64,000 nucleotides of DNA from Lachnospiraceae bacterium (GCA_024698145.1 JAILRO010000014.1:8356-72355); one strand, 5' to 3'; positions 30,472 through 41,843 are shown, counted from the first letter of the stretch. The notes: generated by a model from the letters alone, not told the origin. A program made the numbers and translations.

Positions 30472-30730
30472 TGTTTGTCTCCTTATCCTACTATGTGTGT
30501 ATGCATTTACTGCGAAACGTAACAATTATATCAAAGAAACAACGTTAACTCAATATTTTTCTAAAAAAATGTTACCTTTTTCCAACTTCATAACATTTCA
30601 TAAATACTTCGTATAAAAACGACTTTTACGAATTCGTTCTTGGTTCTATAATTATGCTATCTGTTATTGTGGCGTGTTTTAATCTGCCGCAATACATTGT
30701 TCGGACAATATTTACAAGGAGGGCAAGGAA

Positions 30731-32227
30731 TTGATTAAGAAGAAAGAATACAAATTCTGGTTTTGCACAGGATCGCAGGACCTTTACGGAGACGAGGTTT
30801 TAGAGCATGTAGCAAGACATTCCAAAGAAATAGTTGAAGAGCTTAATCGCTCGAAAATGTTACCTTACGAGGTTGTGTGGAAGCCGGTGCTTATTACAAA
30901 TGAGCTTATCCGTCGTACCTTTAACGAGGCCAATGAAGATGAGAATTGTGCCGGAGTTATTACCTGGATGCACACATTTTCACCGGCTAAGTCGTGGATA
31001 CTCGGACTTCAGGAATACAGAAAACCACTCCTTCATTTACATACGCAGTACAATGAGGAGATTCCGTACGACACAATCGATATGGATTTCATGAATGAGA
31101 ATCAGGCGGCCCACGGTGACAGAGAGTACGGTCACATCGTAAGCCGCATGCGTATTGAGAGAAAGGTTGTTGTCGGCTATTGGAAGGATGAGGTAGTGCG
31201 TAAGAAGATTGCGTCATGGATGAGAACGGCAGTCGGCGTTATCGAGTCCAGCCACATTCGTGTCATGAGAGTTGCGGATAATATGAGAAATGTTGCTGTG
31301 ACGGAAGGTGACAAAGTTGAGGCACAGATTAAGTTCGGCTGGGAAGTTGATGCGTATCCGGTCAACGATATTATTGAGTCGGTTCAAGCAGTGTCGGATG
31401 CTGACGTAAGGAAGTTGATGGACGAGTACTATGAGAAGTACATGATGGTTTATGATGGCAGAGACCCTGATGAGTTTAAGAAACACGTTGCGGAGCAAGC
31501 TCGTATTGAGATTGGTTTCGAGAGATTTCTGGAAGAGCAAAATTATCAGGCAATCGTTACACATTTTGGCGACCTTGGTGCACTAAAACAGCTTCCGGGT
31601 CTCGCAATACAGAGACTTATGGAGAAAGGCTACGGCTTTGGAGCAGAAGGTGATTGGAAGGTTGCTGCGATGGTTCGTCTCATGAAGATTATGACCGAAG
31701 GCATGGAGGGTGCAAAGGGTACTTCCATGATGGAGGATTACACTTACAATCTTGTGAGAGGAAAAGAAGGAATACTTGAGGCTCACATGCTTGAGATATG
31801 TCCTTCGATTTCCGAAGGCCCGATTTCAGTTAGAGTTAAACCTCTTTCGATGGGTAACAGAGAGGATCCTGCAAGACTTGTATTTACGTCAAAAGAAGGA
31901 CGCGGAATTGCTGTGTCATTGGTTGACCTTGGCAACCGTTTCCGTCTTATCATTAACGATGTTGAGTGTAAGAAAAATGAGAAGCTTATGCCAAATCTTC
32001 CGGTTGCGACGAACTTCTGGACCCCTTATCCTGACCTTTATACAGGTGCGGAAGCATGGATTCTGGCAGGTGGCGCACACCATACAGCATTTACATATGA
32101 CTTAACAGCTGAACAGATGGGTGACTGGGCAGATCTTATGGGCATTGAAGCAGTATTTATAAATGAGCATACAACCATACCGGAGTTTAAGAGAGATTTG
32201 AAACTCGGTGAGGTGTTCTACAGATAA
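30731..32227 (+). CDS. araA: L-arabinose isomerase
   Basis: TTG start after GGAGGG. 498 aa. '[12 protein letters not shown]','[11 protein letters not shown]','[13 protein letters not shown]' are typical of AraA. Confidence 0.93.
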   Translation: MIKKKEYKFWFCTGSQDLYGDEVLEHVARHSKEIVEELNRSKMLPYEVVWKPVLITNELIRRTFNEANEDENCAGVITWMHTFSPAKSWILGLQEYRKPLLHLHTQYNEEIPYDTIDMDFMNENQAAHGDREYGHIVSRMRIERKVVVGYWKDEVVRKKIASWMRTAVGVIESSHIRVMRVADNMRNVAVTEGDKVEAQIKFGWEVDAYPVNDIIESVQAVSDADVRKLMDEYYEKYMMVYDGRDPDEFKKHVAEQARIEIGFERFLEEQNYQAIVTHFGDLGALKQLPGLAIQRLMEKGYGFGAEGDWKVAAMVRLMKIMTEGMEGAKGTSMMEDYTYNLVRGKEGILEAHMLEICPSISEGPISVRVKPLSMGNREDPARLVFTSKEGRGIAVSLVDLGNRFRLIINDVECKKNEKLMPNLPVATNFWTPYPDLYTGAEAWILAGGAHHTAFTYDLTAEQMGDWADLMGIEAVFINEHTTIPEFKRDLKLGEVFYR

Positions 32228-32243
32228 AAAGGAGGCGACATAT

Positions 32244-33830
32244 TTGGATATTCGTGAATTAATTGATGAAGGAAGAACAACTATAGGTATTGAGTTTGGT
32301 TCGACAAGAATCAAGGCGGTGCTTGTTGATGAAGATGGCAAGCCGATTGCATCAGGTAGTCATGCTTGGGAGAATCAGTATGAGGACGGCATATGGACGT
32401 ACAGTCTTGATATGATCTGGCACGGATTGCAGGATGCATATTCTGATTTGTTGGCAGACGTAAATCTTCAGTATGATACGGTAATCAGAAAAGTTCGTGC
32501 AATTGGTTTTTCGGCAATGATGCATGGTTACATGGCGTTTGATAAAAATGACAATCTGCTTGTACCATTTAGAACCTGGAGAAACACGATTACAGAAGAG
32601 GCGGCAAGCAAGCTTACGAAGGAGTTTGGCTTTAACATTCCGCAAAGATGGAGCATTTCGCATCTCTATCAGGCAATGCTTAATAAGGAGCCTCACGTTA
32701 AGGATGTGACATTCTTTACAACGCTTGCAGGCTACATTCACTGGCAGTTGACAGGACAGAAGGTACTCGGTGTCGGTGATGCTTCGGGAATGTTCCCAAT
32801 CGACAGCACAACTAAGGATTACAACAAGGAATATATTGAGAAGTTTGAGAAGCTTGTTAAGGCAGACGGCTATACCTGGAAGCTTGCAGACATTCTTCCT
32901 AAGGTGCTTGTAGCGGGCGAAAATGCAGGAACATTAACGGAAGAAGGCGTTAAGAAGCTTGATCCATCGGGAATGCTTCAGCCGGGAATTATGCTTTGTC
33001 CTCCTGAGGGCGATGCAGGAACGGGAATGACCGCAACCAACAGCGTGGGCGTTCGTACAGGTAACGTTTCTGCAGGAACTTCAATATTTGCAATGGTTGT
33101 TATGGAGAAAGCGTTAAATGCTGTCCATGAGGAAATAGATGTTGTTACAACCCCTGCCGGAGATGATGTCGCAATGGTACATTGTAATAACTGTACTTCG
33201 GACATCAATGCGTGGGCTAAGATATTTACAGAGTTTTCTGAGGCAATGGGATTTGAGATTGACCAGAATAAGCTCTTTAAAACAATGTTTAAGGCAGGAG
33301 ATGTGGGCGAACCTGATTGTGGTGGACTTGCAGGCTTTAACTATTTCTCGGGTGAACCTGTAACGGGCTTTGATGAAGGAAGACCTGTATTTGCAAGAAA
33401 GGTAGATGCCAACTTTACATTTGCCAACTTTATGAGGTTGCATCTGTACTCAGCAGTTAGTACACTTAAATACGGTTTGGATATATTGTTTAATGAAGAG
33501 CAGGTTAAGGTTGATAAGCTTTACGGCCATGGTGGTTTCTTCAAAACACCTGAGGTTGGCCAGCGTATAATGTCGGCAGCAACAGGTGGCCCTGTGACTG
33601 TTATGGAAACAGCCGGTGAAGGTGGTGCGTGGGGTATCGCAATCCTTGCCCTTTACGCATCACTTGAAGAAAAACCTTCCCTTTCCGACTACTTAAACAA
33701 TAAGATCTTTGCAGGCGAAACAGGAAGCACCATTACCGCTTCCGACGAAGACATCGCAGGCTTCAACGCCTTTATGGAAACTTTCAAGAAAACTTTGCCA
33801 ATCGAGAAGGCAGCAGTTGAAACCTTGTAA
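32244..33830 (+). CDS. FGGY-family sugar kinase, probable ribulokinase
   Basis: TTG at 32244 lies 6 nt after AAGGAGG. The ORF-track start at 32208 overlaps araA. Actin-fold phosphate-1 motif '[13 protein letters not shown]'. Its position between araA and araD supports ribulokinase. Confidence 0.8.
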   Translation: MDIRELIDEGRTTIGIEFGSTRIKAVLVDEDGKPIASGSHAWENQYEDGIWTYSLDMIWHGLQDAYSDLLADVNLQYDTVIRKVRAIGFSAMMHGYMAFDKNDNLLVPFRTWRNTITEEAASKLTKEFGFNIPQRWSISHLYQAMLNKEPHVKDVTFFTTLAGYIHWQLTGQKVLGVGDASGMFPIDSTTKDYNKEYIEKFEKLVKADGYTWKLADILPKVLVAGENAGTLTEEGVKKLDPSGMLQPGIMLCPPEGDAGTGMTATNSVGVRTGNVSAGTSIFAMVVMEKALNAVHEEIDVVTTPAGDDVAMVHCNNCTSDINAWAKIFTEFSEAMGFEIDQNKLFKTMFKAGDVGEPDCGGLAGFNYFSGEPVTGFDEGRPVFARKVDANFTFANFMRLHLYSAVSTLKYGLDILFNEEQVKVDKLYGHGGFFKTPEVGQRIMSAATGGPVTVMETAGEGGAWGIAILALYASLEEKPSLSDYLNNKIFAGETGSTITASDEDIAGFNAFMETFKKTLPIEKAAVETL

Positions 33831-33856
33831 AGCACCTTGTTTAAAATGTATAATTA

Positions 33857-33997
33857 ATGTGTGGTTTTGTGTAGTTTCCATAAGCAGACCCTTTTTATAC
33901 GCCGGCACTTAACGAACACGAAGTGTGAGTTTAGTACCGTTGCGTAATAAAACGGAGCGGAAGCGTGTCTGTGTTGGAACTATGCAAATCCACACAT
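33857..33997 (+). repeat. structured intergenic repeat element, copy C (inside the ara operon)
   Basis: Core 'CGCCGGCACTTAACGA..GAGTTTAGTACCGTTGCG..GGAAGCGTGTCTGTG'. Complementary ends are 'atgtgtggttttgtgtagtttcca' and 'tggaactatgcaaatccacacat'. Apical hairpin is ACAC-GAA-GTGT. Confidence 0.75.
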
Positions 33998-34045
33998 ATG
34001 AAAATGATTAACAAGGTGCTCGACAAATTATGAAAGGAATTAATA

Positions 34046-34741
34046 ATGTTAGAAGATTTAAAGAAGGCAGTTTTTGAGGCCAACATGGAGCTTCCCCGCC
34101 GTGGCCTTGTAACTTACACATGGGGAAATGTCAGTGGAATCGACAGAGAGTCAGGTCTTTTTATAATCAAGCCAAGCGGTGTAGATTACGAGACGATGAC
34201 ACCTGACGATATGGTTGTTATGGACCTTGAGGGTAATAAGGTTGAGGGAAAATATAAGCCTTCCTCAGACACACCGACACATTTGGAACTTTACAAGAGA
34301 TATCCGGAGATTGGAGGAGTTGTGCACACGCATTCGCCGGAAGCAACTTCGTGGGCTCAGGCAGGAAGAAGTATTCCTTTATATGGAACAACCCATGCCG
34401 ATTATTTCTACGGTGAGATTCCCTGTGCGAGAAGTCTTACACCGGAGGAAATAGACGAAGCTTACGAGACCAACACAGGACTTGTTATAATCGAAACATT
34501 TGATAAAAAAGGACTTAATCCTATGCACACACCGGGAGTGCTTTGCACCAACCACGGACCATTTACATGGGGCAAGGATGCGGCAGAGGCAGTGCACAAT
34601 GCAGTAGTGCTTGAAGAAGTTGCCAAAATGGCGCTTAAGACAGAACTGATTAACCCGGATGTTAAGCCCGCACCGGATTGTATAAGAGACAAGCATTTCT
34701 TCAGAAAACATGGAGAAAATGCGTACTATGGACAGAATTAA
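34046..34741 (+). CDS. araD: L-ribulose-5-phosphate 4-epimerase
   Basis: 231 aa class II aldolase fold with 'TYTWGNVSG','IKPSGV','DTPTH','VVHTHS'. Confidence 0.93.
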   Translation: MLEDLKKAVFEANMELPRRGLVTYTWGNVSGIDRESGLFIIKPSGVDYETMTPDDMVVMDLEGNKVEGKYKPSSDTPTHLELYKRYPEIGGVVHTHSPEATSWAQAGRSIPLYGTTHADYFYGEIPCARSLTPEEIDEAYETNTGLVIIETFDKKGLNPMHTPGVLCTNHGPFTWGKDAAEAVHNAVVLEEVAKMALKTELINPDVKPAPDCIRDKHFFRKHGENAYYGQN

Positions 34742-34795
34742 TAATTGATTATGTGCAGGTTTTGGGTTAGTATATTTATAAGATTAAGAAAGAGC

Positions 34796-34822
34796 GCGGG
34801 GAGATATTCTCCCCGCAATTTA
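34796..34822 (+). terminator. possible terminator after araD
   Basis: Hairpin GCGGGGAGA-tat-TCTCCCCGC followed by only a weak AATTT tract. Confidence 0.4.
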
Positions 34823-34839
34823 GACGGGACGGTACACAC

Positions 34840-36483
34840 ATGATCAAGGTATTTTTGGTAGAAGATGAGTTCGCGATACGCGAAGGAATAAAGAAGACTA
34901 TTCACTGGGAAAGGGATGGTTTTGAATTGGTTGGAGAAGCCGGAGATGGTGAGATGGCTTATCCAAAGATTCTTAATGCGGAGCCTGACATTCTGATAAC
35001 GGATATCCGCATGCCTTTTATGGACGGGCTTGAATTATCACGACTGGTTAAGAAGGAAATGCCCAACATCAAGATAGTAATACTTAGCGGTTACGATGAT
35101 TTTGATTACGCCAAGGAAGCTATCAGTATAGGTGTTGAGGAATACATTCTCAAACCGGTATCTGAAGAATCCCTTATGAAAGAGTTGAAGAAAATAGGCG
35201 ATGACATTGCAAGTGCCAAGCGCGAAGAGGAATCACGCATCAAATATATGGAGGAGCGTGAGGAGATTCGTATGCTTGAACAGCAGAAGTTTTTGCATGA
35301 TATGATAGATGGAAGAATATCGGTTCAGGAATCTTTATCGAGAGGTAAGGAGCTTGGGATTGACATTACTGCAGCATGGTACAATGTGTTTCTTATGCAG
35401 GTATTTCCAAAGGATATCAAAGGCGGGGATGTCAATGAATACTCGTCTATCAAAGAGGAAATATACAGCAGGATCAAAGAGAATAATATAGATAACAATC
35501 ACGTATATCTCTATGAGCAGGTCGGCGATGTGTTATGCTTCCTTGAAAAAGCAGATTCCAAGGATGAGCTTGAAAACAACATAGATGCCGGAATCAAGTC
35601 ACTTACAGAGATAATGTCCGAATATGAAGACATGTTCTTCTGTCTTTCTGTAGGTAATCCGGTTGAAAGATTAAGGGATGTTAACATGTCTTACCGTGAT
35701 GCGAGCAGAAGATTCTCGGAAAGATATATGATGGAAGCTACTTCCATATTTTACAGCAAGGATGAGAAGATTCCTTCAGGGGATGACGGCTCTGACAGCA
35801 CTAATTTAGATATTACCAATATCGACGTAAGCAAGATATCACAGCGTTCTGTACTTAATTTTTTGAGAAACGGCTCAAGAGTGGAGCTTGAAGATTTCGT
35901 GTCGGATTATTTTGACAGCATGGGAGAGGCAATCAAATCACTTATGCTACGCCAGTACGTTTTGTTAGGCTCACTGCTTAGCGCTGTATCATTTCTTGAA
36001 ACAATGGGCGTTGAGCGTGGCGACATTACGGATTATATGGGTGAGTTAAATGATCCCACAAGCTATATCACTTCCGTCGATACGGCAGAGGAATATATGA
36101 GAGCCTTACTTGAAAAGACGATTGATTACAGAAACAATTTGTCCGGCAAGAAATATACGGAGATTATCGATAAAGCAAGGAATTATATTCAGGATAATTA
36201 CCAGAATGAGGATATGTCTCTTCAGACGGTGGCGTCTCATGTTAATGTAAGCTCGAATCATTTCAGCGCGATATTTAGAAAAGAGACGGGCGAAACATTT
36301 ATCGAGTATCTTACGACTGTACGTATGGAGAAAGCAAAAGAATTGCTTACATGTACATCGATGAAGACATCAGAGGTTGGATTTGAGGTGGGATACAAAG
36401 ACCCGCATTATTTCAGTTTTATTTTCAAAAGATTGCAGGGCATGTCCCCGAAGGAATACAGAAAATCAAAAAAGGAAGCATAG
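34840..36483 (+). CDS. response regulator, REC + AraC-type HTH (YesN-like)
   Basis: 'KVFLVEDE...DILITDIRMPFMDG' (REC) and a C-terminal AraC HTH ('YLTTVRMEKAKELL','GYKDPHYFSFIFK'). Confidence 0.9.
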   Translation: MIKVFLVEDEFAIREGIKKTIHWERDGFELVGEAGDGEMAYPKILNAEPDILITDIRMPFMDGLELSRLVKKEMPNIKIVILSGYDDFDYAKEAISIGVEEYILKPVSEESLMKELKKIGDDIASAKREEESRIKYMEEREEIRMLEQQKFLHDMIDGRISVQESLSRGKELGIDITAAWYNVFLMQVFPKDIKGGDVNEYSSIKEEIYSRIKENNIDNNHVYLYEQVGDVLCFLEKADSKDELENNIDAGIKSLTEIMSEYEDMFFCLSVGNPVERLRDVNMSYRDASRRFSERYMMEATSIFYSKDEKIPSGDDGSDSTNLDITNIDVSKISQRSVLNFLRNGSRVELEDFVSDYFDSMGEAIKSLMLRQYVLLGSLLSAVSFLETMGVERGDITDYMGELNDPTSYITSVDTAEEYMRALLEKTIDYRNNLSGKKYTEIIDKARNYIQDNYQNEDMSLQTVASHVNVSSNHFSAIFRKETGETFIEYLTTVRMEKAKELLTCTSMKTSEVGFEVGYKDPHYFSFIFKRLQGMSPKEYRKSKKEA

Positions 36484-36491
36484 GTTAGCCT

Positions 36492-37958
36492 GTGCAAAAA
36501 ACGGGTATGGGAAGATTATTCGGAAAAAGCAGAATACAATCGAGGCTGATGTCGTATATTTGGACATGCGTTTTGCCGTTCATACTGCTCTTTGGTTTTG
36601 CGGTAACGAGACTTTACGGATATTACAAAGACTATGATCAGCTTGTAAGAAACATTACCGGTGTTAATGAGTACAACATGAGTTTCAAGGAAGAAATGGA
36701 CGAAATGATGTATAAGATTATCATCGGTTCTGCCAATTGGACCGACCCCGAGAAGAAGCTTGAAGATGAGGATCCAAAAGAGCTTATCAAGAATGCAAGG
36801 GAACATTTTGAGAAGCTTGAGAAAAACGCGAGCGAACCTAATGTTAAGACGGACCTCGAGGCGCTTGTTAAGCTTTTTAACATACTTGATGAGCGTGTGG
36901 ATGACATACTTGTTAATGTTGAAGAGGGTGGACATTATGACGAGAATATGGAAATGCTCGACATGAATATCCGCACACTTACTTCTCTTATACAGGAGGA
37001 TATTCAGCAGTACGTTTACGACGAGGCGACGAACATGGAGCTTCTGCGTCGTGAGGTGGCAGCGGGAGTTATCAACACCGTAAGAATACTTGTTATTGTA
37101 TTTTTTGTTATGACCGGTGTGATTTTCGCTTTCTCAAAACGACTTGCAAGACGTATAACAACACCAATTACGGAACTTTGTGATATGACCGAGAAGTTTG
37201 CGGGCGGTGATTTCACAGTTTCTTACCATACTGACCGCAACGATGAAATGGAGACTCTTGCCAACAGTTTTAACTCGATGGTTGGTGAGATTGAAACATT
37301 GGTTGCCGACATTCATCGCGAGCAGGAGAATGCAAGAGAGGCGGAGCTTCGACTTTTGCAGGAGCAGATTAATCCGCATTTTCTATACAATACACTTGAT
37401 GCAATTATCTGGCTGACGGAGTCTGGTGAGACAAAGAAGGCGGTACAAATGATTCAGGATTTGTCATCATTTTTTCGCGTGTCCTTAAGTAAAGGTGAGA
37501 GTCAGATAACGGTTAAGGAAGAGCGTGAGCATGTAAGAAGTTATCTCGAGATTCAGCACTACAGATATCAGGATATCATGGAGTACGAGATACTTTTTGA
37601 TGAGGAAATATTAGGTTATCATATCCAGAAACTTACCCTTCAGCCGATAGTTGAGAACGCGCTTTATCACGGAATCAAGAACAAGCGTGGTAAGGGACGG
37701 ATTACGGTAACCGGCGAGATTACCGGCAATGATATTCTCTTCACGATTAAGGATAACGGAATCGGCATGAACGAAGAACAATTGGAGAATCTTCGTGACA
37801 GAATATCCGGTAAGGTGCATGATGAGAGACAGCACGGTTTTGGTATGTACAATGTTGAGAAACGTTTGGAAATGCAGTACGGCAGTGCGTACGGAATAAC
37901 GGTAAGTAGCGAGTATAATGAAGGAACAGTAGTTAAGGTATTGATACCGAAAGTATAA
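36492..37958 (+). CDS. sensor histidine kinase (YesM-like; HAMP + His_kinase + HATPase_c)
   Basis: GTG start. Two TM helices flank a roughly 170-aa external domain. 'LLQEQINPHFLYNTLD' is the LytS/YesM-type H-box, and 'DNGIGM' the G-box. Confidence 0.88.
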   Translation: MQKTGMGRLFGKSRIQSRLMSYIWTCVLPFILLFGFAVTRLYGYYKDYDQLVRNITGVNEYNMSFKEEMDEMMYKIIIGSANWTDPEKKLEDEDPKELIKNAREHFEKLEKNASEPNVKTDLEALVKLFNILDERVDDILVNVEEGGHYDENMEMLDMNIRTLTSLIQEDIQQYVYDEATNMELLRREVAAGVINTVRILVIVFFVMTGVIFAFSKRLARRITTPITELCDMTEKFAGGDFTVSYHTDRNDEMETLANSFNSMVGEIETLVADIHREQENAREAELRLLQEQINPHFLYNTLDAIIWLTESGETKKAVQMIQDLSSFFRVSLSKGESQITVKEEREHVRSYLEIQHYRYQDIMEYEILFDEEILGYHIQKLTLQPIVENALYHGIKNKRGKGRITVTGEITGNDILFTIKDNGIGMNEEQLENLRDRISGKVHDERQHGFGMYNVEKRLEMQYGSAYGITVSSEYNEGTVVKVLIPKV

Positions 37959-37987
37959 ATATTGCTTAATGCAAGGAGATTAGTTAC

Positions 37988-39040
37988 GTGAAAAAATATA
38001 TCATTCTTACATTGTTAATAGTATTAGGTGTTCTTGCAGGTTGCGGCAAAAAGGAAGAAGTGGCAAAGGAAGATGTCTATGTTCGCAACGTGATAAATGT
38101 AGGCTTCTCGCAACTTGGTGCGGAGTCTGATTGGCGTGTGGCTAACACCGAGTCGATGAAGAGCAGCTTAAGTCTTGATAAGGATTTTAATCTCCTTTTT
38201 GATGACGCCCAGCAGAAACAGGACAAGCAGATTATGGCAATACGTAAGTTCATTCAACAGGAGGTTGATTGTATTGTACTGGCACCTGTTACAGAGACCG
38301 GTTGGGACACAGTGCTTAAGGAAGCAAAAGATGCAAAAATACCTGTCATTGTTACGGACCGTATGGTAGACGTTGAAGATGATTCTCTTTATACGGCGTG
38401 GGTTGGTTCGGACTTTTTTAAAGAAGGACGAATTGCTTGCGAATGGTTAAAAAGATATGCGGAATTGGAAGGTATCGAGCCTTCGGAACTTAATATAGTG
38501 GATATTCAGGGAACACTTGGTGCAACTTCACAGATTGGACGAAGCAATGCACTCTCGGAATCGGCAGCAGAAAACGGCTGGAAGCTTCTCGAGTCGGTTC
38601 CGGCGGACTATGCGCAGACTAAGGCGAAAGAAGTAATGCAACAGTTGCTCAGAAAGCATAGTGATATCAATGTTGTTTATTGTGAAAATGATAACGAGGC
38701 AATAGGTGTGATTGAGGCAATAGAAGAAGCAGGCAAGACTGCCGGAAGTGACATTAATTCCGGTGATATTCTTGTGATTTCATTTGATGCAGCTCATTCC
38801 GGACTTAACATGGTTTTGGAAGGTAAGATAGCTCTTGATGTTGAATGTAATCCTTTGCAGGGTGAGGAAGTTGCATGGTTGATAAGAGATGTTACTGCCG
38901 GCAAAGACGTTGAAAAATATACATATATAGAGGAAAGCGTATTTTCTACTTATGACAAAATCAATGGAATTGTTGCTGACAAACAGGCTTTTGATGTGAC
39001 AATTCTCACACAGGAAATTCTCGACGGAAGAAAATATTAA
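37988..39040 (+). CDS. lipoprotein, periplasmic sugar-binding protein (sensor-associated paralogue)
   Basis: GTG start and lipobox 'LAGCG'. Type I PBP fold ('INVGFSQLGAESDWR','VDCIVLAP','IPVIVTDR'). Adjacent to the kinase, not to the permeases. Confidence 0.85.
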   Translation: MKKYIILTLLIVLGVLAGCGKKEEVAKEDVYVRNVINVGFSQLGAESDWRVANTESMKSSLSLDKDFNLLFDDAQQKQDKQIMAIRKFIQQEVDCIVLAPVTETGWDTVLKEAKDAKIPVIVTDRMVDVEDDSLYTAWVGSDFFKEGRIACEWLKRYAELEGIEPSELNIVDIQGTLGATSQIGRSNALSESAAENGWKLLESVPADYAQTKAKEVMQQLLRKHSDINVVYCENDNEAIGVIEAIEEAGKTAGSDINSGDILVISFDAAHSGLNMVLEGKIALDVECNPLQGEEVAWLIRDVTAGKDVEKYTYIEESVFSTYDKINGIVADKQAFDVTILTQEILDGRKY

Positions 39041-39102
39041 AATAATCAAACTCTTGGAATAAAAAATCATAAAAAATATCATTTACATTCTTTTTGCAGT
39101 AA

Positions 39103-39161
39103 ATATTCCCAAAAAAAACAACGGATATTCTGTATCTTAGTTAAAGGTCTTTTGCTACAAT
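39103..39161 (+). promoter_or_regulatory. candidate activator-dependent promoter for the ABC importer
   Basis: Extended -10 TGcTACAAT at 39153-39161 with a poor -35. Direct repeats ATATTC at 39103-39108 and 39125-39130 (22-bp period) are separated by an A8 tract. Confidence 0.3.
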
Positions 39162-39213
39162 TCCAATATCGGTAAACGTAAACCAAATATAAAGAATATG
39201 GAGGATTTACTTT

Positions 39214-40236
39214 ATGAGGAAGATGGGTAAAAGAATATTGGCAACACTTCTTACAGCCACAATGATGGTAGGCCTTGTAGCCTGCGGTGGCGGAGCATCA
39301 GATGGAGGAACAACATCAGGCGGAGATTCTGATAGCGGTTCATCATCATCAAGCGGCGGAACAATCAAGGTTGGTATCATTAACAACGATCCTAACGAGT
39401 CAGGATATCGTACAGCTAATGATAAAGACCTTAAGGAAATGTTCTCAGCAGAGAATGGATATGATGCTTCATTTGCTTACAGTCTTAAGAATGACGAGCA
39501 GATTACAGCAGCTCAGAAGTTCATTCAGGACGGTGTTGACTATCTCTTACTTTCAGCAGCTGATACAGCAGGCTGGGACAGCGTACTTAAGGACGCACAG
39601 GATGCAGGTATTCATGTAATTCTTTTCGACCGTACAATCGATGCAAGCGACAGTCTCTATGACGCTTCAATCGTATCTGATATGGCAAAAGAAGGTGAGA
39701 CAGCAGCTAACTGGTTAAAGGATCAGAACTTAGACGAGTACAATATCATTCACCTTCAGGGTGTAATGGGATCAGCAGCTCAGCAGGGTAGAACCGGAGC
39801 TCTTGATGACCTCGCAAAAGAGAACGGCTGGAATATCGTTACACAGCAGACAGCAGAGTGGAACGCAGAGAAGGCTCAGCAGATTGTACAGTCAGTTATT
39901 GATTCAGGTGAGAAGTTTAACGTTATCTACGCAGAGAATGATGATATGGCTAAGGGTGCTGTAGAGGCTCTTGACAAGGCTAACATCTCTCATGGCGTAG
40001 GCAAGGACGTAATCGTAATGGGATTTGACTGCAACAAGTGGGCTCTTGAAGAGTTACTTGCTCAGAACTGGAACTATGATGGACAGTGTAATCCATTCCA
40101 GGCTAAGTACATTGATGATGTTATCAAGACAATCGAGGGAGGCGGAACTCCTGAGCAGAAGACCATCATCATGGAAGAGAAGGGATTCGACGCATCAACC
40201 ATTACACAGGACGATGTAGATAAATACGGAATCTAA
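39214..40236 (+). CDS. sugar ABC transporter substrate-binding lipoprotein (YtfQ-like)
   Basis: Lipobox 'LVACGG', a Gly/Ser linker, and a type I PBP fold ('IKVGIINNDPNESGYR','VDYLLLSA','IHVILFDR'). Confidence 0.9.
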   Translation: MRKMGKRILATLLTATMMVGLVACGGGASDGGTTSGGDSDSGSSSSSGGTIKVGIINNDPNESGYRTANDKDLKEMFSAENGYDASFAYSLKNDEQITAAQKFIQDGVDYLLLSAADTAGWDSVLKDAQDAGIHVILFDRTIDASDSLYDASIVSDMAKEGETAANWLKDQNLDEYNIIHLQGVMGSAAQQGRTGALDDLAKENGWNIVTQQTAEWNAEKAQQIVQSVIDSGEKFNVIYAENDDMAKGAVEALDKANISHGVGKDVIVMGFDCNKWALEELLAQNWNYDGQCNPFQAKYIDDVIKTIEGGGTPEQKTIIMEEKGFDASTITQDDVDKYGI

Positions 40237-40251
40237 TCTGTAAATGTAATG

Positions 40252-40293
40252 AAAACGGTGCAGTGTATGAACGTATGCTGCACCGTTTTATAC
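40252..40293 (+). terminator. intra-operon hairpin / partial terminator after the binding-protein gene
   Basis: 12-bp stem AAAACGGTGCAG/CTGCACCGTTTT followed by TTTTA. Confidence 0.6.
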
Positions 40294-40322
40294 TTTAGGC
40301 TAGCACGAGAAGAGGTGGAACG

Positions 40323-41843
40323 GTGAAAGATAACGCAGTATTGGAATTGCATAATATTAATAAAAGCTTTCCGGGTGTGCGGGCATTACAGGGTGTGGAC
40401 TTCACATTAAGGAAGGGCGAGATACATGCCTTAATGGGAGAAAATGGTGCCGGTAAGTCAACGCTTATCAAAGTAATAACCGGAGTTTATGAAAAGGAAG
40501 AAGGAGAAATCCTTCTTGAAGGATATGATCATGCAATCAATATTCATTCGCCACAGCATGCACAGGATGTCGGAATAAGTACAGTGTATCAGGAGATAAC
40601 ACTTTGTCCTAATCTGACTGTGGCAGAGAATATGTATATAGGAAGAACTAAGGGAGCAATCCAGAATTGGAAGAAAATGAATGAGGACGCAGATAAGATT
40701 CTCAAATCTCTGGATATTCCCGCCAAAGCAAATCAACAGCTTGCAAGTTGTTCATTGGCTGTTCAGCAGATGGTGGCTATTGCAAGAGCTGTAGATATGG
40801 AATGTAAAGTTCTTATTCTTGATGAGCCTACATCATCACTTGATGATAACGAGGTTCAGAAATTGTTCGGACTTATGAGAGATCTTAAGAAGAAGGGTGT
40901 AGGAATCATTTTCGTAACACATTTCCTTGATCAGGTATATGAAGTGTGTGACAGAATAACCGTACTTCGAGACGGTAAGCTTGTCGGCGAATATGAGATT
41001 GCAGACCTTCCGAGAGTAGAACTTGTTTCAAAGATGTTAGGTAAAGAACTTGATGACCTTTCAGATATCAAGGGAGAATCGGATAATACGGATGCTCTCG
41101 AAAAAGCAGAGACAATATTTGAGGCAGAGGGACTTCAAAGTGATGCCGGAATCAAACCTTTTGATTTTTATATCAAGAAAGGTGAGGTTAACGGATTTAC
41201 CGGACTTTTGGGTTCAGGCCGAAGCGAATGTGTTCGTGCAATATTCGGTGCAGACCGAGTAATTAACGGAACCGTTAAGAAGAACGGTAAGACAATTAAG
41301 ATTAACAAACCGATAGATGCTATGCGTAACGGAATAGCCTATCTTCCTGAGGACAGAAAAGCAGACGGTATTATAGGAGACTTATCGGTAAGAGACAATA
41401 TAATACTTGCTTCACAGGTACTTCGTGGATTTCTCAAGCCTATATCCAAAGCCAAGGCATATAAGCTTGCCGAGGAGTATATAGATATGCTTGATATAAA
41501 GACTGCTTCTGCAGATACACCAATCAAATCATTATCCGGTGGTAATCAGCAGAAGGTTATACTTGCAAGATGGCTTCTTATGCATCCTGAATATCTCATT
41601 CTTGATGAGCCTACAAGAGGTATTGATGTAGGTACCAAAGTTGATATTCAGAAGCTCGTATTAAAGCTTGCATCAGAAGGAATGAGTGTAACATTTATAT
41701 CATCAGAGACAGACGAAATGTTAAGAACGTGTTCAAGACTTGTGGTTATGCGTGACCGCAAAGTTGTTGGCGAATTAAAGGGTGACGAGCTCACTCAAAG
41801 CGGAATTATGAAGACGATTGCAGGAGGTGACAACAATGAATAA
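40323..41843 (+). CDS. sugar ABC transporter ATP-binding protein (tandem ATPase domains, YtfR/RbsA-like)
   Basis: GTG start. Walker A 'GENGAGKST', Walker B 'LILDEPTSSLD', and a second signature 'LSGGNQQKV' with 'LILDEPTRGID'. Confidence 0.92.
   Translation: MKDNAVLELHNINKSFPGVRALQGVDFTLRKGEIHALMGENGAGKSTLIKVITGVYEKEEGEILLEGYDHAINIHSPQHAQDVGISTVYQEITLCPNLTVAENMYIGRTKGAIQNWKKMNEDADKILKSLDIPAKANQQLASCSLAVQQMVAIARAVDMECKVLILDEPTSSLDDNEVQKLFGLMRDLKKKGVGIIFVTHFLDQVYEVCDRITVLRDGKLVGEYEIADLPRVELVSKMLGKELDDLSDIKGESDNTDALEKAETIFEAEGLQSDAGIKPFDFYIKKGEVNGFTGLLGSGRSECVRAIFGADRVINGTVKKNGKTIKINKPIDAMRNGIAYLPEDRKADGIIGDLSVRDNIILASQVLRGFLKPISKAKAYKLAEEYIDMLDIKTASADTPIKSLSGGNQQKVILARWLLMHPEYLILDEPTRGIDVGTKVDIQKLVLKLASEGMSVTFISSETDEMLRTCSRLVVMRDRKVVGELKGDELTQSGIMKTIAGGDNNE

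Noticed and set aside
30608-30636. Hairpin 'TTCGTATAAA..TTACGAATTC' in the paaK/araA divergent promoter region, sharing both 10-mers with the terminator hairpin at 18528-18549
   Set aside because: Because both are palindromes, the two shared 10-mers are not independent. One copy is a clear terminator with T9 and the other has no T-run. This is most likely a coincidence or a generic operator-like palindrome. It does not match the AraR operator as I remember it.
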